Shown: positions 27,400 through 39,925 of the stretch, piece after piece | How the letters are laid out: each line of letters opens with the position of its first letter | Position numbering within the stretch: position 1 is the stretch's first letter | DNA from: Octopus sinensis | Lineage: Eukaryota | DNA: 64,000 nucleotides | Assembly: GCF_006345805.1 (NCBI RefSeq) | Contig: NC_042998.1 | Span: 179,180,001-179,244,000, forward strand | Reading direction: 5' to 3' | The notes under the pieces: model-generated | Seen by the model: the letters and a program-made list of their open reading frames with translations, nothing else | The model's database searches: none | Told to the model about the DNA's origin: nothing | Program-made: the position numbers and the translations under genes

Positions 27400-27499
27400 N
27401 NNNNNNNNNNNNNNNNNNNNNNNNNNNNNNNNNNNNNNNNNNNNNNNNNNNNNNNNNNNNNNNNNNNNNNNNNNNNNNNNNNNNNNNNNNNNNNNNNNN
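27400..27499. other. Assembly gap (100 N)
   Basis: Directly visible. Confidence 1.
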
Positions 27500-27926
27500 A
27501 GCGTCGTTGAGTTGCTGCATGTTGGTCTCGTCGCGGCTGGAGTAGGAACTGCTGGTCTGTGTGGTCAATGGCAGAGACCAAAGACAGGGATAGTGATTTT
27601 CTGATGGCCTTTTAAAGCAAAGGTAGGCTCCACAGACCTCCAAAAGACTGTATCATGGGACCTTATCCTAAAGCCGTGATTGGTTGGCTTACCACTGGCG
27701 CGAAATAAGTCAAGAGCAAACAACTCACCATGCCAACCAATCAGAACAGTGGACACAACAGGGTCCAAATAGCGGCCAAAGTTAACTGTGATCTGCCACG
27801 AGATTTTTCTAATATATCTCTCAAACGAGGATATCACCGAGCTACGCTACACATGTAACAAAAACAATTTGCAAACATATTTACATTCCCATATAACAGT
27901 TAAGAACATCATCATTGTTGTATTAA

Positions 27927-27941
27927 CGCATGCGCGGAAGT
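27927..27941. promoter_or_regulatory. Overlapping NRF1-like (CGCATGCGC) and ETS-like (CGGAAGT) motifs
   Basis: CGCATGCGCGGAAGT; motif match only. Confidence 0.3.
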
Positions 27942-28900
27942 GTTTTGTTCGACTAGGTGCTGTTGGCTTAATTACGCACGACTTAAGTTATAGAAGGAGT
28001 GCGTATTATGCACAAGGCTTAGATTTTTCAGAGGTACAGACCCCTAAAACTCCCCTCAATGGCGCACTATACTCGAAGATTACAGTATTCAATATAAATT
28101 CTACAAAAGACAATGCCACACACACCACAAGAATACTCAAGTGCAGATGATGGTGTAATAGCAAATTCGCATACAAGTGTTGAAAACCAAGTGAACAGAT
28201 TCATTACGTCACTAATACTGTAGAAAAGTTTGTGAACACCATAACTTCTTTAACCCTATCTCAAATCAACATCATTCGGTGAGAAAGAAACATATTTATC
28301 AAACCTATTGGATTCTTATAAAGATTTAATATCTGTAACTCATGGCGGAGAGGAAATGAGATTGTATGATGTCCATCACAGAATTTCTTGCATAAGACTC
28401 GCTATTAATAGAGGCTGGTGTGTCTATGATTGAGTACGTAATAAATACCAGAGCACAGAGATCTAATGCCACAGTTAATCAAAACCATTTGGTTGTCTAA
28501 TCTAAAACTTAGTTTTGGAGTTGCTGATTAATATTTTCTCTAGGTCAGTAGGGGGTTATCAATTCGGTACTACAGGCTGTCGAAAACTCATTATTTATCA
28601 ACGGGTTTCTTGCTGTAAATCGGTGAGTTATATTTCTGTGTGCCTATTTTTAGTTAGTTCGATTGAGCCGAAGATTTAAATGCACTGGCCACAGACAAAG
28701 CCGAGAACGAGATATGAACAATTAATCTCCGGTTATCGCTTCGTTAAGTTATCGATTTAAGTCATCTCAGATTTTTTTATACAAAGACGTTAGAGAATGA
28801 AATTAAGTGGAACCGCTTACACCAACGAACAAGGGATAAGCAACAATCTATTTTTAGTCACACTATCCTCCTGTTTTTTTCTCATTTTACTTCGTTTAAA

Positions 28901-28973
<73 letters not shown>

Positions 28974-28983
28974 GTCCCTCTCT

Positions 28984-29023
<40 letters not shown>

Positions 29024-29071
29024 GACTTGCTCATATTTGCCTGAAAATTCGAAAGTCACCAAATAATCTTG

Positions 29072-29491
29072 GGCAATCTTTCGTCTCTAGTAGACCTTTC
29101 CGTCGATTTCCGTAAAAAATTTTTTTTTTTACATATGGGCTTGCGGGAACTTTTGAAGTAATGAGAGCGAAAGAGACTAAGAGAAAGCGGTTGTATGACG
29201 AGAGAAGTTCTTTTGAAGTTACCGTGCATGTGAAGCATTGATGTACATGTTGTGTGTGTGGTGTGTGTTTGATGGGTGTGGGGACAGACAGTATGTTGTG
29301 TAGTGAAGTGCTTCTGTTAGTGTGTGTGAAGAGACAGAGTAATGTGTGAAAGAAAGAGATACTGAAATTTTTTTACTCGGTGTAGTGTATATGTATGTAT
29401 ATTACTTCAAAAGTTCCCGCAAGCCCATATGTAAAAAAATAATTTTTTTACGGAAATCGACGGAAAGGTCTACTAAAGACGAAAGATCGCC
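29072..29491. mobile_element. MITE with ~91-bp TIRs, GG termini and perfect 8-bp TSD (Merlin-like)
   Basis: TIRs 29072-29162 and 29401-29491; TSD TAATCTTG at 29064-29071 and 29492-29499. Confidence 0.85.
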
Positions 29492-30376
29492 TAATCTTGG
29501 TTGTTTGTATATTATTCTATTTCTTCCGTAACAAATTTCTCAAACTAACGCGACAATATTTCACATTTTCTTTTTTCTGCATTATTTATCAAGCCTATTC
29601 CTTTTAATTGAATCGGACCACTTACTCTCTTTTTCTGGGGATTTTATATTCAAAAGCTATAAATGAAGTCCTGGACAACTAACAGCGCTTGTCATACAAC
29701 TGACAGCAAAACATTTCATCACCATTCGCTTTTTCCCTTAAGAGTGAAAATGGAAGCCAATATTTCACGTTAGATCGTCTGCCTTGACGTATAGTAAATA
29801 AGATATGCAGCAAGCAAATATATGTAAATAAATGTTTGTATATGAATGCAAATCTTTCTATATGTATGTGTGTGTGTGTGTGTGTGTCTGTGTGTGTTTG
29901 TGAATGTTTGTATGCGTATTGAAATGTATTTTCAGGAAAGGATGTATGTATGACTGCGCATTTACACGTATGAATGCGTGCAATTGGATGCGCGTTTAAA
30001 TCATCGAGCAAATAACAAATACTACTAAAACGAAGCCAGTCACTTCAATTCAAATAACAAACATCAAAGATGAGTCAACAGGATCAATGTAAAGAAAAGC
30101 CAACATTCGTTAGTAGGTCTTTTTTTTTTGATTTTGTTATTTAAAAGCAATTCTTTTTTTTTTTTTTTGAGGGGACTGAGTGAAAAACTATCATATCCCA
30201 AGAAATGTGGATGCGTACAGTGATATGGGAAGCTGGAATTTTAATTTCGACTGAAAAAAAGTCAACTGACTTTCGAGTTTGCTATTTGGTCTTTCTTTCT
30301 TCTTTTTTCTTTTGTCTTCTTATTCTTTTTCTTTCTTCTTTCTCTTTCTTTCTTTCTTCTCTTTCTTTTCTTTTCT

Positions 30377-30423
<47 letters not shown>

Positions 30424-30939
30424 GTCTTTCTTTCTTCTCTCTCTCTTGGTTTTTTTTTTTTTCAATTTTTTTTTTATTAAAAATAATTAACTATCTTTCA
30501 AAAGAATGGAATTTTCCGAAAAGATTGAGAAAAGAAACCAAAAGAAAGAAAAAAGAAAACGATAAAGACACACACACACACACACCACACACACACACAC
30601 ATATAAGCACACACGCACATACATACGCACACGCACACACACAACACACATTTCAAATAATTTATTCCGCACAAGAAAGAAACAAAAAAAGAAGAAAAAG
30701 AAAAAGAAACAAATAAATTTTGAAGGAGGAACAGTGTTGTGATGCGGGAGACGGAATTCGCAGGGGTGGGGCAGGGATGGAGGGAGTAAACGATTTAAAA
30801 ATTGTGGAATTACGACTGTCAATGCTAAAAGAAATGAAAGAGTGATTGGGCGGAATTTCGCACGATCGATAGAATCTGCGTAATTTTCATTAAAAAAAGA
30901 ACAAAACAAAAAAAGCTAAATAACCAGAAGACAGTGATA

Positions 30940-31053
30940 CTGGTGATTGTGGTGGTGGTGGTGGTGGTGGGGTGGTGGTGGTGTTGGTGGTGACGACTCT
31001 GGCGACGATGGATGTGGTGGTGATGCTGAAGGTAGTAGATGTAGTGGTAAAGG

Positions 31054-31091
<38 letters not shown>

Positions 31092-31241
31092 GTAGTGGTG
31101 GTGGAGATACGATGATGTATGGTGGTGGTGTGGGGTGGTGGTGGTGGTGGTGTGGTGGTGGTGGTGGTGGTGTTGGTGGTGACCGACTCTGGCGACGATG
31201 ATGTGGTGGTGATGCTGAAGGTAGTAGATGTAGTGGTAAGG

Positions 31242-31276
<35 letters not shown>

Positions 31277-31330
31277 GTAGTGGTGGTGGAGATACGATGA
31301 TGATGATGGTGGTGGTGGTGGTGGTGATGG

Positions 31331-31362
<32 letters not shown>

Positions 31363-31416
31363 GTGGGGATACGATGATGATGATGGTGGTGGTGGTGGTG
31401 GTAGTGGTGATGGTGA

Positions 31417-31450
<34 letters not shown>

Positions 31451-31470
31451 GGTGGTGGTAGTGGTGATGG

Positions 31471-31504
<34 letters not shown>

Positions 31505-31925
31505 GGTGGGGATATGATGCTGACGACGACGATGATGATTGTAGTGATATGATGATGGTGACGATGATGGTGGTGGTGGTGGTGGTGATATGATGATGAC
31601 GACGACGACGACGATGATGGTGATCAAGATGACAATGACGATGGTGATAATGATGATGATGGTGGCGGTGGTAATAATGATGATAATGATGACGATGATG
31701 ATCATGACGACTATGAGAGTGATGAGGATGAGAATGACGATGATAATGATGATGATGATGACGATAATGGTAATGATGATAATGCTAGAGAGGAGGAGGA
31801 GGAGGACGACGACGACGACGAGTAGCAGAATGATGACGATGATGATGATAATGGCATTCATGGGGTAGAAGTAGTGGTGGTGATGGTGGCGGCGGTGGTT
31901 GTGATGGCATTGGTGATGGTGAACA
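30940..31925. repeat. Compound (GGT)/(GAT)/(GAC) trinucleotide block with an internal ~190-bp duplication
   Basis: Directly visible; GACTCTGGCGACGATG..GCTGAAGGTAGTAGATG occurs twice. Confidence 0.95.
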
Positions 31926-32037
31926 GGCTGTTAGTCAGTGCTGGAAAGAGATGACAGTGGTAGTAATGGTGACAATGGAATTGCTACGTTGGTAATGGTG
32001 TGGGGGGTACCCGTCTGTCTTTTCAATTTAAGAGACA

Positions 32038-32320
32038 TTGAAGAAGAAGAAGAAGAAGAAGAAGAAGAAGAAGACGAAGAAGAAGACGAAGAAGAAGAAG
32101 AAGAAGAAGGAAGAGGAGGAGGAGGAGAAGGAAGAAGAAGAAGAAGAAGAAGAAGAAGAAGAAGAAGAAGAAGAAGAAGAAGGAGAAGAAGAAGAAGAAG
32201 AAGAAGGAAAAGAAGAAGAAGAAGAAGGAAAAGAAGAAGAAGAAGAAGAAGAATAAGAAGGAGGAGAGGGAGAAGAAGTAGAAGAAGTAGAAGAAGAAGA
32301 AGAAGAAGAAGAAGAAGAAG
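32038..32320. repeat. (GAA)/(GGA) polypurine tract
   Basis: Directly visible. Confidence 0.97.
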
Positions 32321-32619
32321 GCATTACATAATATCCTGTTTCATTTTCATGGTTGGCAGATGATGTCGGAATTGGAGAATGAGATGAAATAAATATCTAG
32401 TTTTGAGTCCTAGAGAAAAAAAAAGGGATGGGGAAAGCACGATAAATACCCTATTAGTCTACATGGTTTTGGGCAGCTGTTGAGAGATAGACAAAAAGTC
32501 ATGAAAAAAGGGTATGGTTGATGAATGTAATTTCATTAGTGCCATACACGGAACTCTCGGCTTTTGAGAGTTCTCAATATATATATATATACTCATGTTT
32601 TTGTTTCTTTGAGTATACG

Positions 32620-33030
32620 CGACTGGTACTTAATTTATCGACCCCGAAAGGATGAAAGGCAAAGTCGACCTCGGCGGAATTTGAACTCAGAACATAAAGA
32701 CTGGCGAAATACCAATTTCTTTACTACCCACAAGAGGGGACAAATAAGGACAGACAAACGAATTAAGTCGATTATATCGACCCCAGTGCGCAATTGGTAC
32801 TTAATTTATCAGCCCCGAAAGGATGAAAGGCAAAGTCGACCTCGGCGGAATTTGAACTCAGAACGTAAAGACTGGCGAAATACCGCTAAGCATTTTGCCC
32901 GGCGTGCTAACGAGGGGCGAAATGCTTAGCGGTATTTCATCTGTCTTTATGTTCTGTGTTCAAATTCTGCCGAGGTCGACTTTGCCTTTCATCCTTTCGA
33001 GGTCGATAAATTAAGTACCAGTTGCGTATA
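32620..33030. mobile_element. Cluster of three partial SINE B copies (two minus, one plus)
   Basis: Family B centre occurs twice on the minus strand and once on the plus strand. Confidence 0.85.
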
Positions 33031-34271
33031 CTCATGTTAGCTCCCTCTTCAGTGTACATGCATGCATGCATGCACGCATACATACATACATACATACATA
33101 CATACATACATACATACATACATACATACATACATACATACATACATACATACATGGACTTTTTGAAACATACAATGTTTTTACAACTAACAAACGCTTC
33201 GAAAAAATGTTTCCGAATGTTATGGGAGCTGAACCGCTGTTTGATTTTCTAAGCGTGTTCACATACTCAGTACTTCAGCTGAGTTATTTGGCGCAACATA
33301 AAATGCTTAAGGACACGGAGCTTCAGCCGGACCAGAAATTTAACCCACGGCATTATGATTATGTCGAATATCCCAACTACGTGCCTTCGTAAGCTTGGAA
33401 TTAATTCATTACGAAATGAGAAAATCGGAAATTACCTGGGAAGTGAAGCAATCAACCTATCTCATTATTTGCATTCTATCATTTTCAACCGCTGCTATTA
33501 ATTCTGTTGTGTACTTTTAAATACCCATCTGTCGGGTGATAAGATCAAGTGGACTGATACATGCCGATGTCACTTAACCCTAAGGCAGATTAATAAATTA
33601 ATTCATAGAATATTTAGTTTACATTTCAGGCGAAAGTCTATCAAGAAAGAAAATAAAAAATGATTGTGGAGTTAATTAAACTTCTGCGCGGTTGTACTAA
33701 ATTATTCGAGTTGTTGTTGTTGTCGTTTAACACAAGGTCACCTGTAGTTGAGTGAGCGTATCGTCAAAACATCCCAACTATAATGATCTCGTTTTTTTTT
33801 TTAACCAGCTTTGATTATATAAGATAGGCCAACGTGCCACTTTCTTTTCCTAAGATTTTAGAAAGCGATTTGAGAGAAACATGGCTATTATTACGAGCAG
33901 ATCAAGCGAAGAGTTGGGGCTCTCTTATTTACATGATTTCAGCATACTTTAAGATAAAGTATTTACCACCAATATATGTATGATTTATGCGGAGCCTTAC
34001 TGTGTAATCATTCCTCTACATAACTGGTATTGAATATATATAATATATCGATACCGAAGCAAAGAAAGATACATTCTATTCCAGCATGATTAAAAGTCAG
34101 CTAAATACTGAAAATCATTTAGTATGGTGCTCCGACAGTCCTGTCAATGTATGTGTTTGCGTGTTCGTGAGTATATTTATATTTAGTAGTGTTACCATTG
34201 GTGTAGCTTCGAACAGGTCCAAAACTATTTTTGTTCTTTTCGTTTGAATCATCCTTTGGTCTTGGTTCGTT

Positions 34272-34347
34272 CAAAATGGCGGCTAATCAGAAGCCGTGTA
34301 GCGCTTGGCAGTTACTACTGGCTCTTTTGTAAAAGCTGATTGAAAAA
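34272..34347 (+). promoter_or_regulatory. Candidate first (non-coding) exon with YY1-like motif and 18-aa uORF
   Basis: CAAAATGGCGGC at 34272-34283; ATG 34276 to TAA 34332 (MAANQKPCSAWQLLLALL); donor AAAAA|GTAAGT at 34348; unique sequence upstream of the SLC6-like exons. Confidence 0.5.
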
Positions 34348-34480
34348 GTAAGTCACAAAACTGAACATTTTAATGATTTTTTATTTTTTTAATTTAAGAC
34401 CATAAACATATTCCGATTCCAACCAGTTATATGCCATAACATTACCAAGAATATATGATTCCAAATATATATATATATAA

Positions 34481-36312
34481 TATTTAATCAATATAGGGAG
34501 GCAAAAAAATTTTGTAGAATTCTTTTCCCCCAGGGAGGGCCTAGTGGAAAAAATTAAATAGTCATAAACCATTTTTAAGTTCAATATCACAATCAAGGAA
34601 CGGCCATAATAGGCCATTCACCCACTAGATAACAGCCAAAAGCTTCACCGCAAAAAACATAATTCCGTAAATCAGGAGAAATTAAAAACATTTACCTGAA
34701 ATTCCTTATACGATGCACCGTTTCTTCTACTGTTTAATGGTAAACTAACGTGATTAAATTAATCAAGCCAATCTACCATAGGCCCTTAGATTCATCAGTA
34801 AGGAATAGCCAAATCGGAACAGATATTTTCACGAGGCATCACGTCCATGCCTCGCCAATATCTGACCTAAAATTTCAAATCGTCGCACTCGCGCAAATTT
34901 ATCGGCAGCAAATAAATATAAGCCGCCGATTCCATTACGGAACAACCAGAAAATTCATATTAATCCAATATAGGGAGGCAAAAAAATTTTGTAGAATTCT
35001 TTTGCCCCCAGCGGCCTAGTGGAAAAAATTAAATAGTCATCAACCATTTTTAAGTTCAATATCACAATCAAGAACGGCCATAATAGCCATTCACCCACTA
35101 GAAATAACAGCAAAAAAAGCTTCAACACCCAAATTAACATTAATTCCGTAAATCAGAGAAAATTAAAAAACATTTACCACTGAAATTCCTTATACGATGC
35201 ACAGTTTCTTCTACTGTTTAATGGTAAACTAACGTGATTAAATAAATCAAGCCAATCTACCATAGTTATTTTGCGGTTGAAGCTTTTTTGGCTGTTATTT
35301 CTAGTGGGTGAATGGCCTATTATGGCCGTTCCTTGATTGTGATATTGAACTTAAAAATGGTTTATGACTATTTATTTAATTTTTCCCACTAGGCCGCTGG
35401 GGCAAAAGAATTCTACAAAATTTTTTTGCCTCCCTATATTGATTAATTATGAATTTTCTGGGGGTCCCGTAATGGAATCGGCGGCTTAATTTATTTGCTG
35501 CCGATAAATTTGGCGCGAGTGCGACGATTTGAAAATTTTAGGTCAGGATATTGGCGAGGATGGACGTGAATGCCTCGTGAAAAATATCTGTTCGATTTGG
35601 CTATTCCTTACTGATGAATATAAGGGCTATGGTAGATTGGCTTGATTTAATTTATCACGTTAGTTTACCATTAAACAGTAGAGAAACGGTGCATCGTATA
35701 AGGAATTCAGGGTAAATGTTTTTTAATTTTCTCTGATTTACGGAATTAATGTTATTTTGCGTTGAAGCTTTTTGGCTGTTGTTCTAGTGGGTGAATGGCC
35801 ATTATGGCCGTTCCTTGATTGTGATATGGAACTTAAAAATGGTTTTTGACTATTTATTTTTTCCCACTAGGCACGCGCGGGGGCAAAGAATTCTACAAAA
35901 TTTTTTTGCCTCCCTATATTGATTAATTATGAATTTCTGGTTGGTTCCGTAATGGAATCGGCGGCTTATATTTATTTGCTGCCGATAAATTTGGCGCGAG
36001 TGCGACGATTGAAAATTTTAGGTCAGATATTGGCGAGGCATGGATCGTGAATGCCTCGTGAAAAATATCTGTTCCGATTTGGCTATTCCTTACTGATGAA
36101 TCTAAGGGCCTATGTAGATTGGCTTGATTAATTAATCACGTTAGTTTACCATTAAACAGTACAAGAAACGGTGCATCGTATAAGGAATTTCAGGGTAAAG
36201 TTTTTTTAATTTTCTCCTGATTTACGAATAATGTTATTTGCGTTGGTTGAAGCTTTTTGGCTGTTATTTCTAGTGGGTGAATGGCCTATTATGGCGTTCC
36301 TTGATTGTGATA
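34481..36312. repeat. ~478-bp tandem repeat: ~1.6 units forward, then ~2.2 units inverted (switch at 35264/35265)
   Basis: TAGGGAGGCAAAAAAA at 34494 and 34971 (period 477); TCCCTATA at 35431 and 35911 (period 480). Confidence 0.93.
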
Positions 36313-36504
36313 TATATATATATATATATAACATAAGAGGGATCAGCCATCTGAATGTGGCTAGGGTCAGGGCGGGGTGGTGAGGGTGTTTACTGATGCA
36401 TTTAGCCCCAGGCGAACATCGACGTCACCAGAAGAGATGACACCATCGCGGTGTCCTTGCCAGCCAGCAAAGGGAGATCAGCCTCCCCGAAGATACGGAT
36501 ACTA

Positions 36505-36545
36505 ACACGGACCGGTTTCGAGGTTATTGCCTCTTGTCAACGTAT
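36505..36545 (-). ncRNA. Minimal type I hammerhead ribozyme motif, U3:A8 core variant
   Basis: atacg TTGACAA GAGG-caataa-CCTC GAAA CCGG TC cgtgt: 5-bp stem I, 4-bp stem II, ACCGGT palindrome, GUC site. Confidence 0.75.
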
Positions 36546-36898
36546 GGTAAGCACCGCTCTTCGTTGGGGACTCCCTCTACAGGCTGGATATATATAGATT
36601 TTCACAGTAACCACAGTCACTGGCGTAGAAAATCTGTTTGAAAACAATAAATAAATATATATGTATATATACACATATATACATATATATATATATACAC
36701 ATACGCACACACATACATACGAACAAGCAAACACACGCGTATATATATATACATACACAAACACACACACACACAACATATGGATATATAGGGTGGGCCA
36801 AAAGTTGCAGCACTATTTATATTTTAAATGATTGTGCAACTCGTAACCCACACTATATATATATCAGAGGGGGAACATATTATAGTTACCTTTCTGTA

Positions 36899-37172
36899 AA
36901 TGGCGAATTTTGGTGGTAATTGAAGTTCCGATCGTTTATCCGGGTGGGATAAATACTTCAACAAAAATTCGCATGGATTAAGTGTAAGCAACAATATAAA
37001 ATCAACCAAGAAGTAAAACGGAGATACACCCGGACAAAATCGCTGGAATATATATGACGGACGCCCCACTAACGGCCGAATTTAGCATGGACAATAAAGC
37101 GAACATCTCCGGAAATATACATATCCACTCAGATGAACAACCAGTATTCAATTACCACCAAAGTTCGTCATT
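36899..37172. mobile_element. MITE with 26-bp TIRs and TA TSD (Tc1/mariner-type)
   Basis: AATGGCGAATTTTGGTGGTAATTGAA vs TTCAATTACCACCAAAGTTCGTCATT (2 mismatches); TA on both sides. Confidence 0.75.
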
Positions 37173-37384
37173 TATATATATACACACACACACATGCCAT
37201 TTGCAACGAGGTGAATGCATATTTACCTCAATATGGTACACAGTAACAGTTGTAAACTCACTCTTACCTTCACTTTGCTTAACTAATTAAATAACGGCTT
37301 TTTAGCACCAAAGATACACTTCTATTTGTTGTTTTTCTTCCATTTTCTGATCGTCTATATACTCACACACACACACACACACAT

Positions 37385-37421
<37 letters not shown>

Positions 37422-37446
37422 CAGATAGATAGATAGATAGACATAT

Positions 37447-37856
37447 ACTCTTTTACTCTCTTTTACTTGTTTCAGTCATTTGACTGCGGCCATGCTGGAG
37501 CACCGCCTTTAGTCGAGCAACTCGAACCCCGGACTTATTCTTTTTGTAAGCCCAGTACTTATTCTATCGGTCTCTTTTTGCCGAACCGCTAAGTGACGGG
37601 GACGTAAACACACCAGCATCGGTTGTCAAGCAATGCTAGGGGAACAAACACAGACACACAAACACACACACATACATATATGTATATATACATATATACG
37701 ACAGGCTTCTTTCAGTTTCCGTCTACCAAATCCACTCACAAGGCATTGGTCGGCCCGGGGCTATAGCAGAAGACACTTGCCCAAGATGTCACGCAGTGGA
37801 ATTGAACCCGGAACCATGTGGTTCGTAAGCAAGCTACTTACCACACAGCCACTCCT
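37447..37856 (-). mobile_element. SINE family A, full length
   Basis: Complete tail and head. Confidence 0.92.
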
Positions 37857-37959
37857 ATACATATATACACACATTCATACAGATATACATCATACATACA
37901 TACATACATACATACATACATACATACATACATACATACATACATACATACATACATAC

Positions 37960-38429
37960 AAAACAATACTCCACAATGCATTTGCGATACCAGTGCTGTT
38001 CCCAACATTTGGGAGACTTGATTGGTCTTTAGCGTACTCTCGAGTGAAATTTCCCTCTCCCCTTTATTATATATACGTGCTTTCTAACGTAGCAGGTAAC
38101 ATCTAGCCTTTGGCTGCCATTTGGACCCCGTTGTGTCCACTACTCTGATTGGATGTCATTGGCGCAATTTGTCTCTTACTCTGTTGCGCCAATTTGCAGC
38201 GCCAATACCAACCAATCAGAATAGCGGCCAAAGGCTAGCTGTTACCTGCTACGTTCGAAAGCACGTACATAATATAAAGGGGAGAGGGGAATTTCACTCG
38301 AGAGTACGCTACAGGTCTTTAGAGGGAATCCACTCCATAGATATCAAAACCCACAAAATCCTGACAACAACTGGGAACTTCCACAGAAATAATGATGTTG
38401 ACAGGCTCTACGTAAGAAGAAATAAAGGT
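37960..38429 (+). pseudogene. R4/Dong-clade LINE RT C-terminal fragment interrupted by a MITE
   Basis: Removing the MITE and one TSD restores NAFAIPVLFPTFGRLDWS|LEGIHSIDIKTHKILTTTGNFHRNNDVDRLYVRRNKG, matching the AIPV..D.KTRK..H..DVDRLY..R..GG pattern. Confidence 0.75.
38030..38311. mobile_element. hAT-like MITE with ~90-bp TIRs (TAG termini)
   Basis: TAGCGTACTCTCGAGTGAAATT.. vs ..AATTTCACTCGAGAGTACGCTA; flanks TTGGTCTT / CAGGTCTT (6/8); internal motif related to 27730-27785. Confidence 0.85.
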
Positions 38430-38439
38430 GTTAAATTTG

Positions 38440-38852
<413 letters not shown>

Positions 38853-38853
38853 A

Positions 38854-38892
<39 letters not shown>

Positions 38893-39603
38893 ATTGTTAA
38901 TAAATCTAGAAGTGAATATCAAATGCATGTTTACAATGCATGTAAACAGGCATATTTCAGAATTGCTGGTAACTGCACGTATACAACATGCAAGGAATGC
39001 ATATGAGAGAAAATGAAAATATAAGAACCAATCTCTGTCGTTGTTCGTGTATATTTAGATATTGACTTTGTTTCTGACGGATCGAATAAGATCGCATCGC
39101 CGAACGGATATTGTGGTAAACAAATTCAACACACACATCAGCTGTCATCTTCAAATTATACGGTGTTACACGTGAGGAGAAAATAGATAATGACTAGCAT
39201 TCCTTTAACAGAAACAAAGCCATTGTCAATACCACGCATACACATGTGTACAATTGTGCGTGCGCGCACGCACACACAAACACACGCGCGCGTGTTCATG
39301 CATACACATATACGTACATATTTTTGTGTATATATGTTGCAGAGCTACATCATCTGCTGTGCAGGTCGACTCACATATTATTATATGTATCTCTGCTACA
39401 TATACACTCACGCACGAGTATATATATATATATATATAAGAGAATCATTGTCAGTGTGGTCAATGGGTTTGTGTGTGTGTGTGTGTGTGTGTGTGTTGTT
39501 GTGTGTGTGTGAGTGTGTGTGAGTGAATTCTATATCAGTCAGAAATAGAAGCACATTTAATATCAGTTATAGAGTAGGTATATACATGTGTGTGAGTGTA
39601 TGG

Positions 39604-39925
39604 TGAGCTGGCAGAAACGTTAGCACGCCGGGCGAAATGCTGGGCGGTATTTCGTCTGCCGTTACGTTCAAATTCCGCCGAGGTCGACTTTGCCTTTCAT
39701 CCTTTCGGGGTCGATTAAATAAAGTACCAGTTTAGCACTGGGGTCGATATAATCGACTTAATCCGTTTGCCTGTCCTTGTTTGTCCCCTCAAAGTTCGCC
39801 GAGGTCGACTTTGCCTTTCATCCTTTCGGGGTCGATAAATTAAGTACCAGATGTGTACTGGGGGTCGATCTAATCGACTGGCCCTCTCCCCCAAAATATC
39901 AGGCCTTAAGCCTAGAGTAGAAAAA
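39604..39925 (+). mobile_element. SINE family B with partial internal duplication
   Basis: Central domain appears twice. Confidence 0.8.

Noticed and set aside
30890-32363. 323-aa and other long ORFs
   Set aside because: Pure trinucleotide-repeat translations.
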